A DNA stretch of 64,000 nucleotides from Tubiluchus corallicola (Eukaryota > Animalia > Priapulida): assembly GCA_030141605.1 (NCBI GenBank), contig JAQGDQ010000058.1, positions 1-64,000 of the forward strand, written 5' to 3'. Of the stretch, positions 46,397-59,996 are shown piece after piece. The notes below the pieces were generated by a model. The model was not told the DNA's origin, ran no database searches, and saw nothing but the letters and a program-made list of their open reading frames with translations. The position numbers and the translations under genes were made by a program. Within the stretch, counting starts at the first letter, position 1. Each line of letters starts with the position of its first letter.

Positions 46397-49300
46397 AGTC
46401 ATTTGCACTTTTACCTGCAAAGGTGATACTGACAGAAGGTTTTACTACTTTTGCCTGACATTAATGGGGCGACTCATGCTACTGTCGCACCAGATACGCA
46501 TTGAAATTGTGTGATTTGGTTGCAAAGGTAGTGAAAAAATTCATGTAAACGATGTGAACATGTGCAGTGGTGCTACAGTTGTTGTCCAGCTGTTTGTTGC
46601 TTATTTGGCGATTGTGAAAACTATGTAGTCGTGTCACTTCTAAGTTGATATGTGGTGCAACGTGTCAAATTGTGGACGGAGGCGCCCCATTGATATGTGG
46701 TGTCTTTTTGTTGAAGTTTCTTTATTGCTTTTATATGTAGATGTGACGATTTGATAATATGTCTTTTAGCTGACCAGCTGTGTTGAGTTACTAATCACCA
46801 TTTTGTAGATTAGGCTGTTTCTGTATATTCATGTATCTCTATTGCAAAGACTACTGCTTTGTGAACTTGACAGATGTTGAAAGCTCCCGGAGTTGCATTA
46901 CTGTAGATAATTTGTGCTGTTCCTTGTTTCTTCCTTCTTAAAGTTCCCAGTTATTATACCTGTTCGCGTGGCGTAAAAAGTCATGCATGACACTGTAAAT
47001 ATAATTATGTAGAGTGTTTTTTGATATGAATGAATGAATGGTCTAGTCACATTGATACTGGCTATGGAATCAGAGCACATTCGAGGGGCTGTTGGTCAAG
47101 ACACTGGGCGACGGCACATGGCAACTTTTTCAATTCGTTTTTGAACTTAGCTCAAAATACCTTTCTTAACTTAATAAACTAATTCCAGTTCTGATCTGGA
47201 GTCTGGAATTAATTCTCTTTCCAAATCAAACACCTCCACTGACTGAGTGGTTGGGCGGTAGTGTGAGTAATTGCCAAAAAAGATATATTTTCTTGTAGGT
47301 TTCTGTTGTTGCAATATTTAGGAACGATTTGGCGTTAAAGTAATCACAAGTGTTGCAGACTGCACCATACTCAGCATACTATTTATGGTGCTAATGTTGC
47401 CATCTGACAGAATTACTTGTTAGTTTTGCTTTAAAAATTTCAGCAAAATTTTTAAATTTAGAAACAACACGCAAATGCACAAAATGTGTGTAGTGGGTGT
47501 ATATACAAAGTGTTTGCATTTATTATGTCATGTTTTTTTTTGTAAAAATGAATTTATTTCTCTTGCAGAAAGCTGAGCTTATTTGGAACAATGAAGAAGC
47601 TGAAGAATTAGCCCATTCTCACCTGTACGGTTTGTACATTGTAAACTTATTGATGTGTGCACAGGTACATATGACCCACCTCACCCTCAGTATTGAGACG
47701 ATTTTAACCAAGGACCAATGTTTGATACACCAGGTCTATTGGACCGTTATTCCGGTGTATATTATAGTGAACAATCAATCATTTATCTGTGAATTTGATC
47801 TTTGTGTGATTCTGAATTTGTCATATCAAATGAATATAGTATTTTGTGTTTTTCGATATGCTGTATTACAAAAAATCCTTCAACTCTTGACGGCTTGGAA
47901 CTGATTATTTCTGTTTTATGTCTCATAAGGCATTTTTAGACTATAAATTGTCTAAGTATTGTAAGTAATGACTGTGCTCTCTTCATTCATTCTTTACTGC
48001 TTTATTTATTACAGCTTACAAAAAAAACAGTTTTACTTTGTAAACCTGTCATCTAATTCATTGCTAAATTATTTAGCAAAATGCTCGTATTTTCGTTGCT
48101 TTTTTGCCAAGTATGTGTACTAGTTATTGCTGAAAGCAAAGTTGTTTCTCTATAGACTTGTATAGACTAATTTTATTTTGTGTAGATATTCGTCATACAT
48201 AGTATATGTAATGTATCAAAATTGACAAGTATTGCATTGAGGTATTTATCATGGCGACTAATCAGTCTAATCGATGATATATTTTAATTAGATTAATGAG
48301 TATTGCCTTTGTTGCTCTTTAATGTATTAGTTAAGTAGGCGTGCTATAAATGAGACCATTTACGAATCAACTTTGTTAATCAACTTTGTGGGTGCAGTAG
48401 CATTATTTCCAAAATTAAAACCTTATGCCTATAATAACAAATTACATTAGTCAGTATAGTCAGGCATTATTACAATCGAGCATTTTGCTTGCAATGAGCA
48501 GTGTCAGTAGGTAAATGTAAAAACATACATAGATAACAGTATGTTATGCTCTTGTAAATGCTGATTCTACAAGCAGCAGGTAATTCCCATGCTTTTTCCA
48601 TTCTGGGCAGATATTGTAGTTCATAACTGATGAAATAATATTTGTAAATGTAAACATGTAATTTTTAATATTTGTTATGTAAGTGAACTATTAAATGTGC
48701 AAAAATACTATTTATTAAAAAACTAATCTCTTAAATGTTAACATAACGTTTCGTAATTAGCAAGAATTAGCTTATTTCTTACCACTGCAATAGTGGAATT
48801 TTGATGTGTCAGTTTCTTGCAACACAACTATCATACTTTCTCACTTTTTTATATTATGTTCTCTTACTGTCTCTTTTATAGATAAAATAATAACAGTAGC
48901 TATAATAAACGTAGTACATTTGTTGTTTATAAGTATTCTTAATTTTGTGTTTAATTTTGATGTAAATTTGATTAAAAAAAATTGTAATGTGCTTCCGTTG
49001 TTGTTCAGTTCATCGCTTCCTGAGCAGTATTCAAGTATGGCAATAGATTATTTGGCAATTTTCTTTCAGTTTTATTATGACCCAAATCAGTTTAGTCTTA
49101 CTCCTTTCTTTTTAATTGTCTTATGCCTTTCAGAGGTAGTGTCATATTCTTTATATATTAGTATTGTTGCATTATACGATTTGTAGTTGCCTAATACTAA
49201 GAATTTATTGAATATGCTTCCTGTAAACAGCGTTTTCAGAATGTAAAAAAATGTTATGTGTGCATGTATAGTAATCTTGATGAACTGAATAAAATGATTT

Positions 49301-49819
49301 GTTTAATAAAATCTCCTGGCATGTTGAGGTTTAATTTTTTTTTGAAAATTGGAGTGCTCAAAAGAGTAAGTTTGCATGTTGTGTGTCTGAATACTCACCA
49401 ACCTCACTTAACGCTCCAAACTTTTGCGAAACATAATATCTATGTTTGCATCGAGTGCCACAGACTTGTATGTATTAATGCACTGCACTATAATGCCAAA
49501 CTCACTTAATACCAGCCTTTCTTGCAGTCCAGAAATAGGTGGTATAAAGAGGTTTTGACTAGTTTTTAATTCATACCTGCTCTGGCATCGAAAATATTAA
49601 CTCCTTTATATAATAACATTGTGAGAAACTAGAAGATGGAAAGTAGAAGAAAAGTGACATTTGGTCACAGTGATGTGTCAATAAATAATTTTTTTACAAA
49701 TGGATGATTAAAACGTATTTGAAATGACAATGAGTTGTTTTACTGACTACGAGATCTTGCCGACAACTCTTCAATGCGAATTCAGCATCATGATTCCTTT
49801 CACTGGTATATATAGTCTT

Positions 49820-51645
49820 TCAATACGACTGATTTGGAGGATAACCATGCTTTACTGGAGTGTACAGATTACAAGCAGCATGCTCCCATATGTCCATGGA
49901 AAGATCCCCCTCTGTGCTCCAGGTATCAGTCTCAGGATCATAACATTCCACCAGCCGTGTTGGTCTTCTGTTCTCTGTGAAACCACCAATTAAGTACATC
50001 TCTCTACTGTACAAGACCATTGAGGTGTGATATCTAGGTGTTGGCACCTGTGTCACCACTGACCATGTGTCAGTTTCAATGTCATAACAGTCTAGTGTAT
50101 CGAGAATTATTCTCCTGCCATTGTCATCCTCGTACCACCCACCAGCTACCACGAGCTTGTTCTCGTAAGTGATGACACAATGGTCGGCTCTTGGCCGCAG
50201 CATTGGTGCCTTCTTTTCCCAAGTATTTTGTACCGTATCATAACATAGCAACGTAGCAGTAACGGAGTAATCGACTAGACCGCCACAAATAAATATGAAC
50301 TGTTTCCATTCTGCTCCGCTGTGCTGAGTTCGACGTGCAGGTAAAGATTGGATGTACGACCATTGATTGTCGGTTGGACTGTAACACTCACAGGATGAAG
50401 TGGAAAAGCCATCATCCATGTCTAAATCTGGAGGATCTACGGCACCACCGATGGCATATAGTTTGCCGGCAACCATACCAAGATAAAATCTACACCGTTC
50501 CTGTGACATGGGCGAAATAACAGACCACTCGTCCATTCTGGGATCGTAACAAAAACCAAAAGGATGGATCTGCTCTTGGAGAGACTGATTAAAACAACCA
50601 CCAACTACGTAGAGTTTGTTTGATATCACAGATACACCAAAGTTACATTGTTCTATATGCGGAATTTCAGTTAACACATCCCACTGTTTAGTATCCAACT
50701 TGTAACACATGATCTTGTTCGTTATTCCACCAAAAAGAAAGCCACCAACAGTCACCATGCATCTTTGGAGACCACGTACGTTCGGCGGAAGTTCTTCATG
50801 TGTGGTGTCACTCATGATGTCTTCTGAGCCCACACATATGGACACAACATTCGAAAAGTGTGCTTTGGCTTGGCGAAAAATACCGTGCTCTTCTGCAATC
50901 CGTGTAATATCTTCTGGTGATATGCTCATATAGTTTATAGAATCAAATAACCGCTGAGCAAACACGATCCTGTTCACTTTGTCAAATTTTATCCACACGA
51001 TAACCATGAGAAGCACCTGTACTTCAGAGCAGTCAACAGAGAAGCCCCCGTCTAGCACTGTCGATAATTGACCAATTGTCATGTCAGCAAATGCACTCAA
51101 CATTGAGAATGTGGTAAGCCTATTACAGATGAATTGATAGGTATGCAGTTCAAGATCAGTGAGTGAATATTTTTCAGCTGTGTTGAGGATCATCAAAGCA
51201 GATGTCAGAGTTAACTGCGAGCGAAGATACCTTGCACATTCCTGCACCACTTGCTGCATCTGAACGTAGTCTGCTGCCGCCAAGATATCATTAACATTGT
51301 CCATTGTCAGCACAAGTTTTGAAGTGTAAGCGAATTCTATCAACAGCCTCAGTCCCCTTGCAGTTACTCCATCCAAATGAACCTCTTTTGTTTTACACTC
51401 GGATAGGTGCCCGGCAAACAATGCACGAAAATATTCACTGCAAGCAGCCAGTACAGTTTTGTGAGCATGCAACTCGCACCCTTCTGCAACAAGCACCACA
51501 TCTAGAAGAAGTCTTTGTTGACGTAACTTATTAAGGCCCTCTAACATGTCTTTCCTGTGGGCTGCAAATTCTACGTGAGTAACATCTGAATCGCACCTTG
51601 GCCGTTTATAAATCATGTTATATCCCACGTTCCTTTGACATGCAC
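49820..51645 (-). CDS. BTB-BACK-Kelch protein (KLHL26/KLHL9/13-like group), main coding exon; about 611 aa with the upstream mini-exon
   Basis: BTB (LLDVVLVAEG..AHKTVLAACSEYFRALF), BACK (SEVQVLLMVIVW) and six GG...Y..W Kelch repeats. TATAG acceptor at 51646-51647, so the first about 10 codons of the listed ORF are intronic. Confidence 0.93.
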
Positions 51646-52472
51646 CTATAAAAATAGATAAATGGAAATTATGCATGAAATTTCAAAGTCAAACATTGTC
51701 CATTGTTAGCATCAGTGGAGGAAACAATAACTTGCATCATGAGTTGGATGCCTTGCAAATAGATTCCGGACTATTTCTGCTAAGCAGAACAGCTAAGGGC
51801 ATTTGGCAATTATCACAAACACACTAACAACTATCACAGCAGTAAGCCAATCATTCACAACTAGTCTTACCACCACAAAGCACACAATACGTCAAGCATT
51901 GACCCCAGTTTCTCCCAGCTTTACCACATGCTTTGTTTGCTTTTGCTTTACTGCACACAGGGTTTTCTTTATTAATTTGTCTTTCAGGAAACGAACCTAT
52001 GTGAATGTTAGTCATGCAATGAACACACGCAGTTTAATGCCGATTTCTAAATTGTCAGGCAGCTTTAGGGTGTACAAGACTCCACCATGCTCACCATCTA
52101 ATTAATTCTGCCCCTTATCTGTCAATTCATGCACAAATTATTTATGATTGTGACGTGCTAGTTAAGAAAATTCACCAGCAACTTGTACACACTCTTCCCT
52201 TTCCATTTGCAAGGAATACTTAAAAATGAATACACAATAGATAATACAATAGTTGGCAAAAAATTGCCGAGCTTTGCTAACAAGTTTTTCAGTTTGACTA
52301 GTCATTTTTCTGTAATTTTATGTGAGCTGGGCAAACAACATGGCCAACAATGACATGTTTTAGTCACTGTACACGTGAATGAAAGACAGTGATGGATCAA
52401 ATTCTAAGCATGACAGTCTAGACATATAATTTGAAAAACTATTGAAGGTACAATAAAATAGAAGAATCTTAC

Positions 52473-52482
52473 CAAGGCACAT
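52473..52482 (-). CDS. Kelch-like gene first coding mini-exon (ATG TGC CTT G)
   Basis: TTG|GTAAGA donor at 52472; phase 1 matches the acceptor at 51645 (MCLGACQRNVGYNMIYK...). The downstream Met (MIYK) is an alternative start. Confidence 0.55.
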
Positions 52483-52589
52483 ACTACGGTCCCAAACGAC
52501 ATTTCTCTGTTTGCCTTATAGATTTGTAAAAAGCATCTTTAATAAATGTACAGAATAGCTTTTTGCACGTATGCAATGAGTTGACTAGA

Positions 52590-52830
52590 CTGCGGACTAA
52601 AGCTGACGTAACTCCTAGCAGGAAACTACTGAACTAGGAACTACAATAGTAACCAGCTCTCGCTCCCAATTAGAGCGGCTTCGAATTCATCGCATTGCAA
52701 GCAATGATGATCCAAGCAACTAAAGGCAATTAGATAGTGTTGCAGGTCAACGAGTGCTCAATTGACATTGCACAATTCTGTACTCTCGAAGTTATCGAAC
52801 CCAGCTGGCCAATCAGAAGACATACAGAAT
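52590..52830. promoter_or_regulatory. Probable promoter of the Kelch-like gene
   Basis: Lies just upstream of the first exon; CRE-like TGACGTAA, ACTACAA motif, CCAAT boxes at about 52666 and 52809. Confidence 0.4.
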
Positions 52831-55525
52831 GAAATAGTTTTTTGACAAACAGAACTACGGTGATGCTTGTGATACTACAAGAATATTCTGCAGATCAAAT
52901 GTAAGGAAACATGGCAAAAGTACGTGGACGAATAAAAGCCAATAATCATGTCGAATAAATGACAACATTCGATTCCGAAGAAAAAGTGAAAAGAAAAGCA
53001 CGTGAATTTGTGAATAATACTCCTGCTGGAACTTTAAAAAAACACAGCTATATGAGCTGGTTTATAACGTGGCATTATTACCCTTAGTTAACCTTACAAC
53101 TATGTAAATTTACAGGCGTTCATTCTAAAGAGTATTCAGTGGAGGTCACTCACGCACAAATGCACAATGCATATTCACGAGTACAACAAAGATTATTATA
53201 AACAAAATACAGGAAATATTATAGGTTGAGTTTAGGTCAATGGCATAATTCATAGATAGAGGTTAAAAGCACAGTGAGACTGCCAGACGTTGCGTACCTT
53301 TGTATATATTCAACCGCGTAGCTGCTATTGACTTTATAAGCCCATGCAACAACTAGTTTAACTGCATTTGTACAGCGATTGTTAAATTTTAATTGCTTTC
53401 AGCCTACTTAATTCTAGAATGGTGGGTTAGTTTAAATTTAACCGCCCAAGTGAAAGTGATTAGGCGAACCAAAACTGGAATATAAAGTCGTTAGGTGTGA
53501 GTATTTAAGTTAGTCGTAAAAGTTAATAATGTAGACAGTTAAAAAAAGACATTTGAGTTTAATACTTGCAATCGAGTTATACTAACTTACTCAACAAACA
53601 GTTTATACCTACAATACTTATACTCACTATATAAATATAAGGTATAATATGCTAGATTATTTCGATTGATTATTCTGATAGTTCAGTAACTTCGGTTCGT
53701 CTAAGACAATGGCAAAAACCGCAAATGGATAGAAAGACTTCATTACTTTACCAATTTTTTTTCGCAGGCTATTGTAATAGCCTAATTACGGGTTGGCTGT
53801 CTTTCGACCGACCAACAATCCAACATTATGATTATCATTGATTTTAATATTGTAGTAATGCAGTGCGCGAATATACAAAACGCATTATATCACGTCAAAA
53901 GACAACTAGGCAAACAAACTTCCAAATGAATTAGTACTACTACAATAGTTATAACACTGCGAGAACTTTGCAAAACTGCGCTATCATAGCACTCACTGTG
54001 CGCCTCTGTAGATACAAAGCAATAAATTCTAAGTAAAACCACATATAATAGCATGTATAACCCAAAACTTGCATACATATAATGACTACTTCGAGACGAT
54101 TAAAGTTAATTACTCTACCTTAAAGTAAGTCCAATTTCAGTATTGCAAATACACAGTGAATCTAAGGCATGCTTTACCAGTAATATGAGTCAGAGCTGAC
54201 CGACGTTAGCAAACTACTTTGACAAGCAGCTGTTTGAGCAGCTAGCGAAGTCATCATGCATGAAATAACACATTGTGATTGTCATGCATAGCAGTAGTAG
54301 CACGGCGTGGCACAATGCATGGTAGCCAAATTAATCATTATAGCTGAGAAATTAAACTATATTAACACCTGCGTAATGCACGCTTTGAGCAAGGTCAGAG
54401 TTAACAATGACTATAGTTAACAATAAGGATGATTCATTCATCGATTATTATTGAATCGTTATAATATAATCGAACGAACATGGTTTGCAATGCATTTGTG
54501 GCCCGCGTTCAAGATCATATCTAATTGGACGACATTTTCAGAAAATTTGGTATAAATTAGAGCCTATGGGATACCTTTAAGCTTAAGGGATGCAGTGTAA
54601 GGGCTATAGCTATTAGCTAACACTTGTGACGAATGGATCATTTTGCATATTTTGTGAAGAGCTTTTTAAGAAGTTTATGTATACAGATGGAAGTTTTTCT
54701 AGTCACATACATTTAATAATATTAATGCGTAACCATACTGTGGAATTTGGAAACCTATAGTTGTAAGCCCCGTAAACCTTATTCACAAAGGTTATCGTGG
54801 GCCGTCCACACGGTCATTCAAAACATTGTCGTTCTCGAGTTTATCAGTGCAGGGCTGTGTGGCCGCCAACAGAATGACATTGAAAATTGGATGTAGTTCA
54901 AGTTTGGCGATAAAGCTGATCTTGTTTTGCGTCAGTGTCCGTCGTCTCGAAACGAACAGCCAACAATAACGTGCGCTGGTGATTCAGGTAGAACAACCCG
55001 TCTATAGCAGGTACGTAAACGGCGCGTTGTCACTAAAACAACACATTAACAAAAGGCAACAGATGTACAAAATTACATTTGTGTTTGTGTGCAGAAATTT
55101 CCGTGACAGACTGTGCGTAGGTTTCGCAGACTTGTCCTGTGATATGTTCAGGGATTTGCACTCGCACTGCGACGACTAAGGTCCTTCATAATCTACCTTT
55201 TTTGCACTATTTACAGATGCAAACTTGGCCAATAATCAAACATATTGGCTGTTATTTGGATATAATTTATATATTCATTTGCGCTTTTGCTTTTAATTGT
55301 CGCAATATTTGATAATAAATTCTTCTTTCATTTCTTTGCCGAAGTTCTTTTGTCTTTGACTTTGCCTTCTCTTTTTTCAGCACAAGCTAAAACAAAGCTC
55401 GTGTTCACACAACCCATTTTGACACTGCACATGTATTTCAGAAAATGAAATTAGAGAACACTCCTTCAAACAAATAGTTGCGCATAAAGTAACTGTCGGT
55501 GAAAATTTGTCTTGTCAGTCTTAGG

Positions 55526-55645
55526 GGTTTGACTGTCAGTGTTCACAGTCAGTGGTTTGAATGTCAGTCTTCAGAGTCGGTGGTTTGAATGTCAGTCTTC
55601 AGAGTCAGTGCTGTGAATGTCAGTCTTTCGAATGTCATTCTTTTG
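55526..55645. repeat. 28-bp tandem repeat (GGTTTGAATGTCAGTCTTCAGAGTCAGT), three to four copies
   Basis: Direct. Confidence 0.8.
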
Positions 55646-57244
55646 AAATACCGTGAGGATTAGGTATAAGAACAGCGAGTGTAAAAACAGCTATCTACTT
55701 CATGTGTAAATTATACAATAAGACGCTAAGCAACGTTTTGTAAGTCCCTCAGTGAAAAGTTCTTGGCATGCGCAACTCTTCCTTAATAAACCCGTGTGGA
55801 CTCGACAACGTGTCAATTTTTTTCTTGTCGAAAAGCTGGTGTGAACAAATTATACATTAACAGGGCAAAGGTGTTCACGTATTAGATTAAAAACAAGTGG
55901 CATGCAAAACTTGTCAGACTTTGAATGCATTTATTACACGTTTGTTTGTGTATAATATACATTAAATTACGTAACCTGACAGAGCATCCCGAGACATCTC
56001 AAGATGATAATACCTACTGTCTCTCTTCATCTTCATTACTACCTCTTTAGATTCTGCCACTTTTTGTTACCTTTTTGCGTCTTCTGATTTAACGTGAAAC
56101 AGAAAGTTGTTACACTGTTACAAATGCCATGTGTTTACTATTATTTTATCAGCAGAAGAGAAACATCTGTAGCAATAATATGATACAACGTAAGTAAACA
56201 ATGTCTACATGAAAACTTGCTCACGCGGGCACTAATTTACGCTGATGCGTAGAACATGCGCCATGGGGGAAAACTTGCTCGTGTAAACGAAGTTTAAAAA
56301 CTTGGTTTCTATAAAACTAGTTACGTTGCATTTTAATAACACAATTACTTTTAATACATACCGCTATTTAACAATAAATAAGTTCTGTGCCCTAATTCTA
56401 ACACAACAGACAAAACAAAAACTAAAAACTTCATATGTAAATTAATAATCGCAGCATATAAACGTTTAAGAATTTTCTGCTCTAACTTTATATTAAGAAC
56501 ATTATCACAACTAAGTTAGAGCACACAATTATACGATTTTTTACTAAACCACCAATTATAAATATAAATGTTTTATTACCTATTGTGCATTCAATTAACC
56601 TATTACTTAATCAAGTGGAAACAGGAAAATAATGTTAAATAGTGCACACTTATAATTTAAGACTGCAAACTTAATACTAAATTATTAGGCTTCACATGAT
56701 ACCTTAACAGTACCAAGAAATTTTGGAAAGCGTGCTTCTCTTGCATTTAGAGATTCCTGGGGGAATCTATCTCCGGTTAAGGGACTTAAAAGTCATACCA
56801 AAACTTAGAGAGATGATGGTGCTACTTTTTCTACCAAACACACATGTTTGAAGTAACATGCGGGTGTTATGTTTTGGACTGAAATGGTCAACAAAAGTCA
56901 TAATTTGGTGACAGAAGATCGGAAAAATGATGAATATGACTGAAGTTAAAGTCGACTAAATACAGATTGATATTACTATTTTATTGTTATTATGTCACTG
57001 TATTAATTGATAACTACGTACGTAGATAAGCAACGAAACCTGGCACGACCAACCTACCTAAATAACCAACCTAGCAACGTGTAAAACAGTATACTGTCAG
57101 TGCTAAATACACGTTTACGATTAAGACATTGTAAATACAAAAAGTGGCAGAATGTCAAAATAAATGGTAACTAAAACTGCTAAGTAGAGAACACAGCTCA
57201 ACAAGCTAACAAATTCATATAACAACAAACGTGTTACTTCAGGC

Positions 57245-57410
57245 AGAAACTGACAGTGTGCTGCTTCTCTTCAGTTGATGAAAAACGTCATTAGTGGCAG
57301 GGTAGGCATTCAAAACGGGAATGTTCAAGCGTGAAGCGGCTTTATAGTAATTTTACTAATTACTTTACAGCTTGTGATGGTTTTACTACTAAATCCTTCT
57401 AACATTTTTC
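57245..57410. mobile_element. Partial copy of the Kolobok-like family at 22350 and 58493
   Basis: ACTGACAGTGTGCTGCTTCTCTTCAG...CATTCAAAAC matches about 22703-22790 and 58826-58915. Confidence 0.65.
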
Positions 57411-58492
57411 TCGTATACAAATTCTACATACAAACACAATCAATATTTACAAGACGTGTCACTAAAACTGCACTGTACAGAATGCAAACATCAAGACCAT
57501 AAAACAGTGCTAACATTTAAACAGTTTAAGGAGTTTGAGATAAACATGTTTAAACATTAAACAGAGTATTTAAACATGTTTAAAGAGTTGAAATATTCTA
57601 CTCAATTTTGTTTAGCATCTATAGTTTTAAGTACGTTTCTCAAATATGACTCACCCACCAAGAATGTGTTCAAATAAAGTTTGTTTGCTATAAAACACGT
57701 ATTAAACATTTCTAGCTTGCCATAGGAACAAAAGTGATGCTATATGCAAATACGTATTTATTAAAATTAATCAATAGTTAATTCAAATGTAATCAACAAC
57801 AACGAGCAACCAGAATTTGACTTTAACCAAATCACGTGCTAACATTTTCAATTGATGATCGAAGCTGAAAATATTTTGCTGAACTGGTACTTGAACCTCC
57901 ACTGAAGTCAGGGTTGCAGTGGAGAGGAAATGCATGGAATTACCGTGAGTTTCGCAGTCAAACGTCCTTGTAGCAGAATGTGTTAAAAAGTATTAAAAAA
58001 GAAACATTTGGCATGACCGTTAGGCCAGTAACCAAAATTTTTAACAAGAACCCCTGACTGAAGTTCATTGTGAGAAACTGAATCTTTATTTTGAAATGTT
58101 CTGACTACGTGAATGGCGATGGAAATGACATAAACGGACACTTAAAATTTAAGACAAACACAAGCAGATGAGACTGTGCTTTACTTTCAGGTTTTATTAC
58201 ACAAACAATAAATAAAGCATTGTTTTACGTAAAGTTATTTTACATGTTATTAAAAAACACAAAAAACTTTTTGATCAAATCATAATTATCTAAAATTATT
58301 ATGATTTTTCTGCATGCTTGTGTGACAGTTATTTTATACTTTTCCCATGAAACTCTAATTATTATGAAAGTAAAACAGCCTGTACTTGAAAATTTCCTGT
58401 ACAAACTTTGCAACAAAACTAAGTTTCTCAGATCCTTTTAAGACATATTCACATTTACAGTAATCCAGCAAAAAGAAAACAAGCTAACCTAA

Positions 58493-59014
58493 AGGAAAAG
58501 ACAAGTCACAAAGCATGTTGGGTTTATTTTACAGTTATCACTTAAACTTAGAAAAATATAACACAAAAATTTGCAGAAAATGTCTATAAAGCATAAAGTT
58601 AATTTACACCGCTGCTGTACAGGAATTTTCACGTGTTGTGGTTGCTGTCATTCACTTGCAAATTAGGACGTAACGCACTGGAGTTTATGACTTTTTTCAC
58701 AAACGCGTTGTGGCTTTGTGCTGCTTAAACTAATTCAAACTTCTACAAACATTTCCTGATGTTCATGGTACAATATCGCAAAATTGGCTATCTAATTTTT
58801 TGTAAAAACTTATTATACTTAGGCGAAAACTGACAGTGTGCTACTTTTCTTCAGTCACTGAATAACATCATTGGTGGAAGAGCGGACATTCAAAACCAGA
58901 ATGCCCAAACATGATTTCACTAACTAATTTTACTGCTTATTGCACTTTTACTACTAAATTCTTCCATCATTTATCTAAAACATTTTAATAACTTCCTACG
59001 TTTTGGCCATTCCC
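58493..59014. mobile_element. Kolobok-like non-autonomous DNA element, copy 2
   Basis: Colinear with 22350-22916 (e.g. CACTTAAACTTAGAAAA, AAGTTAATTTA, GTGGCTTT, TGACAGTG); decayed TIR AGGAAAAGACAAG / TTGGCCATTCCC. Confidence 0.6.
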
Positions 59015-59736
59015 TAAAAATCACTGATACACTCTACATGTAATTGCATACATTTAAGCAGGCTAAACAAGTAGATTTTACAATAATTAATTTTACATTT
59101 TATATTTAAAAACAACTTGTTCTGAGTGGAGTGAGTTGAACCTGATAAATGGAAATGAATACTGAGTACAAGGAATTATAAAAACAATCATTTATTATCA
59201 CTTCGTCAATAATTAGAAAAACCTGCAGCAAATACAGTGAAGGCAATGGACATCAACTTGATAAATTTTGGAAAAGGACAAACGGGCCTACAAATGTTGA
59301 GCTGTAACACAATTTTATAAGACCTGATACAAAAATATTTGCATAATTCTGTAAAAATACCCAAAAGATCTCTAAACTAACAAAACAAATGCAGCAAAAT
59401 ATGTGAAATCTATATTACTTGCAATCATATTACCACAAATATTTACTATTAGCAAATTGCCTCTATTTTTGTCTCAAACTTTGGGACACTGAAGCATATA
59501 TCAGTACGTCAGTGAAATCAGGACATCAGAGTATTTTAACTGCTAGGAAGACAAAGCCTATATAAGATTTAATATAGTCAGAAGCACCAATATGCAAGCC
59601 ATTTAGCCTGTGCTATATACACTAATACACAAAGTGCAGGTTGTGTACATCATACACAGATATGTACATACAAATCATAAAATAATGATCACAGTCTCAT
59701 TAAAAGAACATCATTAGGATGAACAGCAAATAAAGT

Positions 59737-59996
59737 TCAATCTAATACATGAAGTCCCATGTCGCCTTGCAGATAATCTCTAATGACGTTAATCATTTGT
59801 TGTCTCAGTAGCTGGTCACCAGCCACAGCAGCTGTTATGTTCAATGCGTCAGTCGCATCAAACTGTCGCAGAATATGTACTGCTTTGTCATATATTTCTT
59901 GTTGTTGCTTTGGTGTCATTTCATTAAGTATTTCTACAGCAGATTTAAACTTGCCTTTAGTTGCATAATAGCCCAATAGTCCACCAATTGCTGCTC
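59737..59996 (-). CDS. C19orf12: C19orf12 (nazo-like) homolog, coding exon 2
   Basis: GTCTAG acceptor, phase 1, AAIGGLLGYYATKGKFKSAVEILNEM...; TGA at 59737-59739. Confidence 0.88.

Noticed and set aside
46394-46400. Stop-codon readthrough stimulated by the downstream stem
   Set aside because: The stop is TAA-A, a poor readthrough context, and the stem begins about 65 nt away.
51646-51676. ORF-track start MHNFHLSIFI of the Kelch protein
   Set aside because: It translates the intron's pyrimidine tract upstream of the TATAG acceptor.
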